Positions 9,263-18,731 of a DNA stretch of 64,000 nucleotides are shown piece by piece. The DNA lies in NCBI GenBank assembly GCA_047600465.1, contig JASGKU010000004.1, forward strand, positions 490,445 to 554,444. Direction: 5' to 3'. This DNA comes from Agriterribacter sp. GTDB taxonomy: Bacteria > Bacteroidota > Bacteroidia > Chitinophagales > Chitinophagaceae. A program made the position numbers and the translations under genes. Under the pieces are notes generated by a model that saw only the letters and a program-made list of their open reading frames with translations, did no database searches and was not told where the DNA came from. Each line of letters opens with the position of its first letter. The first letter of the stretch is position 1.

Positions 9263-9639
9263 TGGAGATGGCTTTTAATATCCTCGGCTATTTTTTTTAT
9301 TTGGGTAGACAACACCTGCAGTGCTGCCAGTTCCATCGGATCTAAACTGTCACCCCGGTTCCGCTTTTTTGCTACTTGGTTCATATTAGCAGCGAGATGA
9401 TTTAAGGTGGCGGTGAAGAGTAATATCTCTTTAGGAAAGGTTTTTATCCTGCTGTCAACCTGTCCTTTCAATGCAAGGGTGCGTAGAAATTCAGAAACGG
9501 AGAGGTTAGCATTTTTTGCTTTTAATGCAATCAGTGCACGCTCTACCTGGTTGCACATCACAGCTAATTGCTGGTCTCTTCTGACAGGCTTTTTAGGTCT
9601 TCCACCTGCGTGCTTTTTCTTTTGTCCTTCACTATCCAT
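9259..9639 (-). CDS. mobC: Relaxosome accessory protein MobC (ribbon-helix-helix)
   Basis: GGRPKK...LSVSEFLR...AANMNQVAKKRN; stop overlaps the relaxase start. Confidence 0.88.
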   Translation of the reverse strand: MDSEGQKKKHAGGRPKKPVRRDQQLAVMCNQVERALIALKAKNANLSVSEFLRTLALKGQVDSRIKTFPKEILLFTATLNHLAANMNQVAKKRNRGDSLDPMELAALQVLSTQIKKIAEDIKSHLQ

Positions 9640-9682
9640 AACTCATCATTTATCATTCACACTTGTTTCAATCTCTCTATGA

Positions 9683-9747
9683 ATCCGCCTTGGGCGGATG
9701 AATAGAGCCAGCACCAGTTTCGACGTAGGAGAAACATAGCTGGCTCT
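9683..9747. other. Putative origin of transfer (oriT)
   Basis: Upstream of mobC; hairpins ATCCGCC/GGCGGAT and AGAGCCAGC...GTTTC..GAAAC...GCTGGCTCT. Confidence 0.6.
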
Positions 9748-9832
9748 TATATAACTCCAGCAGTCTCCCCCTCTTCGACGCGCTTCAGAGTTCGTCTTTA
9801 TTTACTTCCAGCTAAAAATGCGAACGATTTTT

Positions 9833-11224
9833 TTAAGCTGCTCCGGCGTCTGATTTTAACTTTTGTAATTTTTTTTCCAGATATAGAATTTTTGCCTGCC
9901 TGTATTTATCCTGGTATTGATGTAAGTCGATAGGATTAAATTCTTGTTTGTTTCTAACCATCTTATAATATATCGTTGCCAACTTATTTGCTGTAGCCAC
10001 AATGGCATATCGCTGTCCACCCTTAGCTTTCATTCTTCGAAAATAATGCCCTAGCCAGTGATCACTTTTTTGTACTCCATTAGCTGCAGCACGAAATGCA
10101 AGGCTTGCCATGTTCGGTTTTTTCTTTTGCAGTTTGCTGCTGATCACTTTTCCTCCCGATATTTTTGTGTTAGGACAAAGATTTAACCAGGAGACAAAAT
10201 ATTTTTCCGAAGGCCATTTACTTAGATCAGTTCCTGTTTCCGCAAGAATTTCCAATGCGCCAATGTCACTTAAACCATACATGGCAATTACATTTATACC
10301 GAATATTTTTTGCAGGTAAGGAACGGTATTTAAAGTAGGATGCCGCTTTTCCATTTTGCGTTTAACAAACCTGTCGGAAATGTTTTCAGTGGAGATTTCT
10401 TCTTTGGGAGCAACGACTCCTTCGTGTAAACTCGCTTCATAGCGTTCCAGTTGCGCGAGAATTTCTTTTTCACAGGCTTCAATCCTTTGCTGCATAAACT
10501 GGTAACATCGATAGTTGGCTTCCAGCAAAAACAAGTGTTCCGGCAGCCAGTTACCTTCCAGGGATTTTATAATATCTTCCTTTTTTGCCTGGACGCGTTT
10601 ATCTATGAGCGGAAGAAAATTTTCTGCTTTCCGTTCTCCCGCAATAATTTTTTCCAGGATGGCAATACCGCTTTTGCACATTACATTAGCAAGGACTGAC
10701 TGCAATTTGATATTCATTAGCGCCAGCGACTTTTGAATACGAAGAGTAAACCGGTTACAATCATAGACCAGGGTACGACGGTAGCGTACCAATGCACGCA
10801 ACGTCTCTTGCTCTGCATCCGGCAAATAGCAACTGCTTAATAATCCACAACTGTGCAATTGTTGCAACCATTGTGCATCGCTTTGGTCGGATTTTCTTCC
10901 TGTCACATTGCGTACATACTGCGCATGAACAAGGTACACTTCAAAGCCTGCGTGTACCAGCATCGTGAACAATGGCTTCCAGTAAACACCGGTAGCTTCC
11001 ATTGCAACCGTGTCCACTTCACAATGCTTTAACCAAGCTATAATCTGCTTCAAATCACAAGTCATCGCTCCGAATGTTTTAACTTGTTCTTCATCCCTGC
11101 CTGAAGGAACGGCAACGGCATGCAGACTGGCACCAATGTCAATGCCGGCTGCATTAGGATGCAAAACCGGCATATTTATAAACCGGTTCTTGTCCGCTTT
11201 TGATTTTTGGGTTTTCTTTTCCAT
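9833..11224 (-). CDS. IS110-family transposase/recombinase
   Basis: DEDD RuvC-like motifs GIDIG, AMEATG, KSDQSDA; C-terminal Tnp20 region with WLNLCP...ISGGK serine motif. Confidence 0.95.
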   Translation of the reverse strand: MEKKTQKSKADKNRFINMPVLHPNAAGIDIGASLHAVAVPSGRDEEQVKTFGAMTCDLKQIIAWLKHCEVDTVAMEATGVYWKPLFTMLVHAGFEVYLVHAQYVRNVTGRKSDQSDAQWLQQLHSCGLLSSCYLPDAEQETLRALVRYRRTLVYDCNRFTLRIQKSLALMNIKLQSVLANVMCKSGIAILEKIIAGERKAENFLPLIDKRVQAKKEDIIKSLEGNWLPEHLFLLEANYRCYQFMQQRIEACEKEILAQLERYEASLHEGVVAPKEEISTENISDRFVKRKMEKRHPTLNTVPYLQKIFGINVIAMYGLSDIGALEILAETGTDLSKWPSEKYFVSWLNLCPNTKISGGKVISSKLQKKKPNMASLAFRAAANGVQKSDHWLGHYFRRMKAKGGQRYAIVATANKLATIYYKMVRNKQEFNPIDLHQYQDKYRQAKILYLEKKLQKLKSDAGAA

Positions 11225-11239
11225 AATATTGTTTTTAAT

Positions 11240-11388
11240 AAGCCCACTGCCTTCCGGCAGAAAATGTTTAATCTCTTATACGGGGTCTTGTATGCCCCAA
11301 TCTGAAACAGGATGAGCCAGAAGAACCAGACTACTGCAAATGAACTTTTTATCCATTGCCAGCTTAGGTTTTGCTGCAAAGGGCTATA
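11240..11388 (-). ncRNA. Putative IS110 bridge RNA
   Basis: ~150 nt non-coding end closed by an AGCCC/GGGCT stem, with internal hairpins GGGGCATACAAGACCCC and CTGCCGGAAGGCAG, preceded by a TAAATTTG box. Confidence 0.6.
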
Positions 11389-11763
11389 CTCCAAATTTAC
11401 CCAATTGAAACAATGAATTTCGTCAGGGTCTTACCAGAGTTATTCTCCGCAGAAAGATCAGCCCGCCTGATTTGGAAGACTCCTGCAATTCAAAAAGCCT
11501 GTCTGTATTACTATCTTCATCTTTTACGAAAACTGGATCTGTATTTACAAAACAGCAAACTTCCTCTATAGCTTATGATGGCTTTACCCGGTACAAGATT
11601 TTGGCTTCTCATCAACAGGTTTCATCACACATATATTTTCTACCGAAAAGATATTATATCAATACTTGCTATCAAACCTGTATTGTTGATTTTAACGGGC
11701 ATCCATCTTGCAATAACATTATTCAGCTCATGCAAAAATGGCAGCAGCCGTTAATTGTAAATG

Positions 11764-12138
11764 TTATCTCAAAGCTTCGCGGTTAAAAATGTTGATGTCA
11801 TTGATAGGATGTGCGCGAAGTTTATCCTTTAAGTCCATCCAAAGCCTGATATTATAATCGGCAATCTCCTCGAGTTCTTGTCTGGTTAGCCGGTGAGGAT
11901 TTGATACAACCGCAGAAGGTTTTTTCATGATTTTGGGTTTTGTAGTTTTTAAATCAGTGATGTCTTTTACTGGATCAACACTTAAATCTTCTACTACTTG
12001 CTCTTCAAAAAAAGAAAATATGTTGGGTGCAGCGCCTTCGCCGATTTCAAGCGCGCTGTTAATGGCAAGGCTATTGCCAAAAAGTTTGATTTGTTTACCT
12101 GTGCTGAGTTGAAGGGTTCTTCTTTTTAATGCTGCCAT
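11764..12138 (-). CDS. Hypothetical mobile-element protein
   Basis: Intact 124-aa ORF directly downstream of the HTH gene. Confidence 0.7.
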   Translation of the reverse strand: MAALKRRTLQLSTGKQIKLFGNSLAINSALEIGEGAAPNIFSFFEEQVVEDLSVDPVKDITDLKTTKPKIMKKPSAVVSNPHRLTRQELEEIADYNIRLWMDLKDKLRAHPINDINIFNREALR

Positions 12139-12187
12139 GAATAATTTATTTTAATTGTTGTAAATCGGATTAATGTAGGGGAAGGAA

Positions 12188-12529
12188 TTATTTTGATTGT
12201 TCATCGGATAGACGAAACAATACTTCCAGATCCTTCCAGAGAAAATAAACTCTTGAGCGGATTTTGTAAGGCTTGAGTTTTCCGTGTTTGATCCAATCGT
12301 AGATAGTTGGCCTGGAGACCTGGAGTATCTGGCAGACCTCGCCAATCTTGTATAGCGGCTTGTAAGTCATGCCAGGTGTTTGATATTCCGGTGAAGGATT
12401 TTTTATCTTATCTATTTTGCTGACCTCTTCACGGATAATTTCCCTGATCCGTTCCCAGAACTGCGAGGGTTCATAAGGGAATAACATAGGTATTTCTGTC
12501 CTTTCACTCTTCACATTTCTTTTCATCAC
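12188..12529 (-). CDS. Excisionase-like helix-turn-helix (HTH_17) DNA-binding protein
   Basis: LYKIGEVCQILQVSRPTIYDWIKHGKLKPYKIRSRVYF. Confidence 0.88.
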   Translation of the reverse strand: MMKRNVKSERTEIPMLFPYEPSQFWERIREIIREEVSKIDKIKNPSPEYQTPGMTYKPLYKIGEVCQILQVSRPTIYDWIKHGKLKPYKIRSRVYFLWKDLEVLFRLSDEQSK

Positions 12530-12706
12530 TGCTGTATTAAGTTGTAATATAGAATTTCATTAGCCGCGCTTTCAAACATGTTCGATTTTTGAACTGGCAA
12601 TAAATAAGGATCAGTGTGTCAGATCATGCCTTAGCACTTGCCTATAGGGCGGAGCATTTTATGTACTGAGAAACCAGTATATAAACCCGGATGAAAACGG
12701 GTTGTG

Positions 12707-13177
12707 TTACAACAACCCTTCGTCAGAGAATGACAGATATTCATCGCCGGTAAGGATGATGTGATCGACTATTTTCATATCAAAAAATGAAGCCGCCTGT
12801 TTTATTTTATGAGTAAGTATCAGATCGGCATTGCTTGGTTTAAGATTTCCGGAGGGATGAGAGTGAGATAAGATAAGGTAACAGGCGGCTAATTTAAGCG
12901 CCATGGCAAATATCAGTCTTGGGTCTGCAATAGTGGCGGTAATGCCTCCGGTAGATACTTTATAGATGCCAAGAATCCGACAGGCTCTGTTAAGGTACAT
13001 GACGCTGAACTGTTCCTGCAGCTCGATCGTTTCTTCATTGTAAAAACTTCTCAGGATTTTTTCGATATCTGCTGAGCACTTTACAACAGGGCGGGCAGCA
13101 ATTTTTACTTTTGATTTGTAAACGAGCTCTACCTCTGATACCATGTTCCAATTTGATGAATCATTTTGCATTTCCAT
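12707..13177 (-). CDS. radC: RadC-like JAB/MPN domain protein
   Basis: EQFSVMYLNR...GGITATIADPR...HSHPSGNLKPSNAD...DHIIL. Confidence 0.93.
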   Translation of the reverse strand: MEMQNDSSNWNMVSEVELVYKSKVKIAARPVVKCSADIEKILRSFYNEETIELQEQFSVMYLNRACRILGIYKVSTGGITATIADPRLIFAMALKLAACYLILSHSHPSGNLKPSNADLILTHKIKQAASFFDMKIVDHIILTGDEYLSFSDEGLL

Positions 13178-13179
13178 AA

Positions 13180-13375
13180 CTGAAGATTTTAAAGTTTAAA
13201 AATTATGGAATACAGCACCGGTTTTTTGCGAGCAAGTCCAAAGCCGCAGGCGGAATAAATGATGGCAATGTGCGAAGAGCTCCTGCGTTTATGCCGAACG
13301 GTTTGGAACGCTACCGAGGCAAAAAGCCGAACTTTTGGAATAATGATGCAAGCCTTTAAATCATTTTAATTTCAG
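13180..13375. promoter_or_regulatory. ~195 nt nested inverted repeat upstream of radC (candidate ssDNA promoter or structured leader)
   Basis: Nested pairings CTGAA/TTCAG, GATTTTAAAG/CTTTAAATC, CGGTTTTTTGC/GCAAAAAGCCG, TCCAAAGCCG/CGGTTTGGA, CGGAATAAATG/CGTTTATGCCG. Confidence 0.6.
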
Positions 13376-14072
13376 ACTGTTTATTTTATTATTTCCTTAT
13401 ACCTATTGCAGTTTAAATTTCTGCCGATAGTGTTAGAAATATTTTCTTCGCTAAGAGAATTTTATTTTAAAGTTTAGTCCCCGAGCTATATGGGGCTAAA
13501 GTATGTGTTACGTGCATTCATTAAAAACCCTTTTTGAAAATATCACACATAATAATTTATATCCTTCATCGGTATGCCTGTATGAGATAAATGCTGTATG
13601 AGTTGAAAAAAACTTTTAAAAAATCGAGGCACATGTTGTTTAATTTATAATTAAGCGATCAAAGACAAAAACTCAATCGCGCTCTTTCTATTCGTTGCAA
13701 CGCTGAAATGCCCAAAAGCGTTGCATTAAAGACGCTTCACCTTACGGAGAATCTTATTTGTTGAATACTACAATCGCAAAATGTTTGCGTATTGTACAAG
13801 AACTTATTTAACAGACCAAGTCAATAAATCTAATAGACGGTCTTTAAAAAATTATATTGACGCCTATTTTCAAATTGAAGCATATATCAGGGCAAAAGCT
13901 AACAAAGTAAGACGTCGACGATCATTAATAACTGTATCATAACCGATACATACCTATATCACAAGAGAACGGCCAAGCGTAATCTCTCTTATCTTAATTT
14001 TATGAAAATCATAGTCTTATAAAATGGGCATATTTTTAGAAGCCAGGGAACAGATAACAATAATTAATCTTT

Positions 14073-17000
14073 TTGAATTCCTATACATTCTATTTTAATC
14101 TGTATGATATTGCCTTTCTTGGGGCAATATTTATTGGGCTTACTTTTACCCTGCTTTTATGGTTTACCTCAAGTGTCAACCGCAGTGCTAACCGGTTTCT
14201 TGCTTTGGCATTGGTCTCGATGATCTTATGGATGATCCGGATATTGGCGATTGACCTGCAGCTTGAAACCTATCTCCCAGGTTGGAATCGGGTACCGATG
14301 CAATTTTTGCTGGCTATAGGTCCACTCCTATACTTATATGTGCTGAAGATAACAAACCCGAAGCATACGCTTCGCCGGAAGGATTTAATTCATTTCAGCC
14401 CTATGTTATTGGAGCAGGCAGCATTAGTACTGGAAATCAGAGAAAGTGTACGAACAGGAGCTGTCACTTATCATACTTATGTTTTTCAGCAATTAAATCC
14501 TATAATACAACTGCTTATTTTTATCTCGGTCATAAGTTACTTGTACTTGTGCCGAAGAGTGATTCAAAGGTTTTACCGGAATCTGCAGCCTGTTTTGATG
14601 GACCGTCCGCTTGTGGAATTCCGTTGGTTACGCCGTCTGCTTACTGCTACTGCCCTGTTATGGTTTCTCTGGATTTTATGCGCCGCTGTTGATTATTATG
14701 GCTATCGCCATCAACCGGGCATACGCCTCTATTACCCTTTTTATATCTGTTTTGTAGTAATGATCATATGGACTGCGGCAGCAGCATTCTTAAAGCCGCA
14801 AGCCGCAGCACTGATTCAAACGACTGCAGGATTTAAACCTTCTGGCTCTTCCGAGTTAAAAGCAAAAGGTGCCTGGCTTAAAAGGCTCATGGAGACAAAG
14901 TTTTATTACAAGGACCCTGAGCTGAGTTTAACCTCCCTTGCTGAAAAGCTACAACTGCATTCCAATGAATTATCACGGATTATCAATTCGGGACTGAAAA
15001 AGAGCTTTAATGATTTCATTAATGAATATCGCGTCCTGGAAACTGCCCGGAAAATCCAGGATGCTGATTTTGATCATATGACACTTTTGGGAATTGCCTT
15101 TGAGTCGGGATTCAACTCCAAAACTACATTCAATCGGATTTTCAAAGAAATGACCGGAAAAAGCCCGACGGAATACAAAAAGCAGGTAGAAAAAGAGCGC
15201 CCAAAATGTAATTTGGGGCGCCAGCCCCGGTCCGCGCTGTTAATATTGCAACGGGAACCCCTAAAACGGTGGGTGCCCGAAAAATTAAACAGCCATTATA
15301 TGTTCAGAAGCTACGTAAAGATCGCCTGGAGAAATCTTCTTCATAACAAAGTGTATTCTGTTATCAATATTTCCGGCATGGCTATCGGCCTCGCGTCGAG
15401 TATTCTTATCTTGCTTTGGGTAAAAAACGAAAGAAGTTTTGACAGGTTCCACAAAAATGCCGGTCAGATTTATCGCATTACCGGCGAACTCGGAGACATG
15501 AAAGCCGCAGTGAACTCGCAGGCTATGCCAGCCGGAATAAAACAGGAAATCCCTGCTATTGAAAATACAGTCCGGTTAAGCCTGCCATCTACAGTGCTGT
15601 TTGAAGCCAGTAACAGGAAATTTGAAGAAAAGCGCGTGCTGTATGCCGATCCAAGCTTCATGGACGTATTTTCTTTTCCCCTGGTAGCAGGCGATCGTGC
15701 TACTGCCTTAAGTAACGTGGATGGTGTTTTAATAACGCAGGACATTGCAAAAAAATACTTCGGGAACGAAAACCCGATTGGAAAGATCTTGCGAAAAGAC
15801 AACCAAGAAAATGTTGTCGTAACAGGTGTCCTGGCAAACATTCCCGCTAATTCAGATCTGCAGTTCGACTTCATAATGCCAATGGCTGTCATACTAAAAA
15901 CGGAGGGCAATCAGACTGATAACTGGGAGAATTTTAATTTCTACTCCTATATTCAATTAGCTCAGAGTTTTGATCCTACTCCTGCAAATTTATCGGCGCT
16001 GGAAAAGCAAATGAAGCAGATATTTATTAAACATAGCCCAATGCCGGTTACGTTTCATTTACAGCCGCTGACCAGTATCCATCTGGCACCTGCACTTATG
16101 GGGGATATGCAAGGTCATGGGAATGCACAATATGTAACCATCTTTTTTATTACCGCTATTTTAATACTGATAGTAGCCTGTATTAATTTTATGAACCTGG
16201 CTACTGCGCGATCAGCGCGGAGAGCCAAAGAAATTGGCTTGCGCAAAGTGGCAGGAGCTGTACGAGGGCAGTTGATCCTCCAGTTTTTGAGCGAGGCTGT
16301 TTTTGTCTCATTTCTTTCGCTATTACTTGCCCTTGTGGTTGTCCTGTCATTTTTGCCGGCGTTTAATAAGATAGCTGACAAAACATTGGTCATCCCTTTT
16401 GCTAATGCCGGGTTTTGGTTGACGCTCTTAGGTATAACGTTGTTGGCAGGATTGGTTTCTGGCAGCTATCCGGCTCTTATTCTTTCGGGCTTTAACCCGG
16501 TCAAAGTATTTAAAGGCAATACAAAATCAGGGAGTGGCAATCTCCTATTTCGTAACGCGCTGGTCGTTATTCAATTCACGGCATCTATCATATTGTTGGT
16601 TGGTACAGTGGTTATTTATAACCAGCTTACATTTATAAAAGACCGCAATCCGGGTTTTGAAAAATCCAACTTGTTGTATATGCCCATCAAGGGAGATCTT
16701 TGGAACAGGCAGCAAGCTTTGAAAAATGAATTGAAACAAAATCCACTGACTACCGATTTCACCGTCACGTCCGACTTGCCAGCCAATCTGCTATCCGGAA
16801 ATGGAAGTGCGGATTGGGAAGGCAAAAATCCCAACTTACAGATGAATTACACCTTTATGGATGTCAATGAAGATTTCATAGATGTGTTTAAGCTCAAGCT
16901 GGTTAATGGAAGAAGTTTTTCAAGGTCATTCCCTGCTGATTCAAATAATTTCATGGTCAATGAAAAAATGCTTGGCATCATGGGCCTGGATGCCACCAAA

Positions 17001-17660
17001 GCCGTGGGTAAGAAATTCTCTTACACGGGAAGGAGCGGTACAATCGTTGGTGTCGTAAAGGATTTTAATTTCAAACCAGTGCAACAGGCTATAGAACCAC
17101 TAATCCTGCGATACAACAAAGACGGTGGTTTTCTAATAGTAAGGACAATGCCGGGCAAGAATGATGAGACCATAAAAGCATTGTCAAAAATCAGCCAAGA
17201 GCTCAACCCTTCCTATCCCTTCAAATTTGATTTTCTCGATCAGGAGATGGCTAATCTTTATAAGGGAGAACAACAGATGGGCGGAATTTTTAACCTCTTT
17301 GCTGTTCTTGGCATTTTTATCGCCAGTCTCGGATTATATGGGCTTTCTGCTTTTATGGCGGAACAAAGGACTAAGGAAATCGGAGTTCGTAAAGTATTAG
17401 GGGCATCCGTCGTAGAACTGGTATATTTATTATCTGCTGGTATCACAAAACTTATTCTTATTGCTATAGTCATCGCAATACCACTTTCGTGGTGGGCGGT
17501 TAATAGCTGGCTCGCAAATTTTGCTTACCATGTCCAGGTGAGCTGGCTGGTATTCTTCGTTACATCACTCGGAGCATTGGGGATTGCCTGGCTGACGGTT
17601 AGTTATGAATCTGTAAAAGTCGCCATTGTTAATCCTGTAAGGAGCTTAAGAACTGAATGA
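14073..17660 (+). CDS. Fusion: multi-TM sensor + AraC HTH + MacB/FtsX-type ABC permease
   Basis: N-terminal TM helices; AraC motif LLGIAFESGFNSKTTFNRIFKEMTGKSP; then MFRSYVKIAWRNL (ATG 15300) and two FtsX motifs RAKEIGLRKVAGA and RTKEIGVRKVLGA, with no internal stop. Confidence 0.88.
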   Translation: MNSYTFYFNLYDIAFLGAIFIGLTFTLLLWFTSSVNRSANRFLALALVSMILWMIRILAIDLQLETYLPGWNRVPMQFLLAIGPLLYLYVLKITNPKHTLRRKDLIHFSPMLLEQAALVLEIRESVRTGAVTYHTYVFQQLNPIIQLLIFISVISYLYLCRRVIQRFYRNLQPVLMDRPLVEFRWLRRLLTATALLWFLWILCAAVDYYGYRHQPGIRLYYPFYICFVVMIIWTAAAAFLKPQAAALIQTTAGFKPSGSSELKAKGAWLKRLMETKFYYKDPELSLTSLAEKLQLHSNELSRIINSGLKKSFNDFINEYRVLETARKIQDADFDHMTLLGIAFESGFNSKTTFNRIFKEMTGKSPTEYKKQVEKERPKCNLGRQPRSALLILQREPLKRWVPEKLNSHYMFRSYVKIAWRNLLHNKVYSVINISGMAIGLASSILILLWVKNERSFDRFHKNAGQIYRITGELGDMKAAVNSQAMPAGIKQEIPAIENTVRLSLPSTVLFEASNRKFEEKRVLYADPSFMDVFSFPLVAGDRATALSNVDGVLITQDIAKKYFGNENPIGKILRKDNQENVVVTGVLANIPANSDLQFDFIMPMAVILKTEGNQTDNWENFNFYSYIQLAQSFDPTPANLSALEKQMKQIFIKHSPMPVTFHLQPLTSIHLAPALMGDMQGHGNAQYVTIFFITAILILIVACINFMNLATARSARRAKEIGLRKVAGAVRGQLILQFLSEAVFVSFLSLLLALVVVLSFLPAFNKIADKTLVIPFANAGFWLTLLGITLLAGLVSGSYPALILSGFNPVKVFKGNTKSGSGNLLFRNALVVIQFTASIILLVGTVVIYNQLTFIKDRNPGFEKSNLLYMPIKGDLWNRQQALKNELKQNPLTTDFTVTSDLPANLLSGNGSADWEGKNPNLQMNYTFMDVNEDFIDVFKLKLVNGRSFSRSFPADSNNFMVNEKMLGIMGLDATKAVGKKFSYTGRSGTIVGVVKDFNFKPVQQAIEPLILRYNKDGGFLIVRTMPGKNDETIKALSKISQELNPSYPFKFDFLDQEMANLYKGEQQMGGIFNLFAVLGIFIASLGLYGLSAFMAEQRTKEIGVRKVLGASVVELVYLLSAGITKLILIAIVIAIPLSWWAVNSWLANFAYHVQVSWLVFFVTSLGALGIAWLTVSYESVKVAIVNPVRSLRTE

Positions 17661-17823
17661 AGAATGTGAATTGTAATCCCACTCAAGAATAATTACACCG
17701 CAAAACAAAGAGATGTGCTGGAAGCTCAAAGGCATAACCCATGCCTTTGCCATACATGAAAAAAATATGGTTTTTAACAGTCGAAAAGTGTACTATTTAT
17801 TAATCTCATTAAACAAACTAATT

Positions 17824-18558
17824 ATGGACCGTATCATTCATTTGTTGTCATTCCCGTTTTTATTTATCGCAACTGCCCTATCAGCGCAAACAAAAAATGT
17901 AAGTGATTTTAATAAAATCATTGTAAGTCCTTACATACAGGCAACGCTGGTTCAGGGAAATGAAGAAAGTGTAACCATCAACAGTATTGAAGGGGACAGC
18001 AATAAGCTGCACATACAAGTAAATGACCACACGCTACGACTTTATCTTGACGGAGCCAAAAACTTTCCGAAAAAAGATTATTCAAAAAGTTATGAAGAAA
18101 AACATGCAGTGTATAACAAAACAATCGTCAAGGTAACAATAACCTACAAAATGCTTGAGGCACTTTCCCTTCGCGGTGAAGAAAACCATGTTTGCAAAAG
18201 CGCTATTAATGGCAACGCGTTTTCATTGCATGTGTATGGCGAACCAAGCATTGTTTTGGATGAAATCAATGTGAACGACTTACGCACTACTTTATACGGA
18301 GAAGGAAAAGTAGAAATAAAAGGCGGCACCGTAAAGCGTCAGAAATATACATGCTATGGCAAAGGAAAAATTGATGCACTGGCAATACAAAACAATACAG
18401 CGATTATTACATCCTATGGCAATGCCGATTGCAAACTGAATGTTTCAGACAGGATTAAGATAACTGCTTTTGGCGATGTCACATTGGATTATACCGGCGA
18501 TGCATCCATTTACAAAGGGATACATTTTGGCGATATAACAATTAATAAAATAAACTAA
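17824..18558 (+). CDS. DUF2807 / head GIN domain protein
   Basis: Signal peptide, repetitive beta-helix YGxxxI motifs and a C-terminal YTGD. Confidence 0.8.
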   Translation: MDRIIHLLSFPFLFIATALSAQTKNVSDFNKIIVSPYIQATLVQGNEESVTINSIEGDSNKLHIQVNDHTLRLYLDGAKNFPKKDYSKSYEEKHAVYNKTIVKVTITYKMLEALSLRGEENHVCKSAINGNAFSLHVYGEPSIVLDEINVNDLRTTLYGEGKVEIKGGTVKRQKYTCYGKGKIDALAIQNNTAIITSYGNADCKLNVSDRIKITAFGDVTLDYTGDASIYKGIHFGDITINKIN

Positions 18559-18731
18559 ATCACTGCACGCTTCATTAAAGAATATAGTTTCTGTTTCTTT
18601 TATTGCGGCGGATTTAAGATTGTTATACACATTGCTTCTGTACTGGTAAATCAAATCAACAGCGTAGTAGGCTACCGCTAACACGATGCGGGCATGAGAA
18701 AAAATAAAAAAGAAATTTAAAAAAAATCACA

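Larger units (their letters stand above)
9803..11390 (-). mobile_element. IS110-family insertion sequence (proposed ends at a shared AGTA core)
   Basis: Transposase plus upstream non-coding end, no terminal inverted repeats. TACT occurs at 9803-9806 and 11387-11390; the exact ends are inferred. Confidence 0.7.

Noticed and set aside
9791-11424. TTCGTC direct repeat (9791-9796 and 11419-11424) as the IS110 boundary or TSD
   Set aside because: IS110 elements do not normally make TSDs, and the AGTA core fits the ncRNA stem and guide-like matches better. Not fully excluded.
11176-11786. Short ORFs overlapping the IS110 non-coding end
   Set aside because: Non-ATG starts, no motifs, and overlap with the likely bridge RNA and promoter.
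7815-13177. Self-transmissible ICE or prophage
   Set aside because: No T4SS/tra, coupling protein, integrase or phage structural genes in the window; only mobilisation functions.
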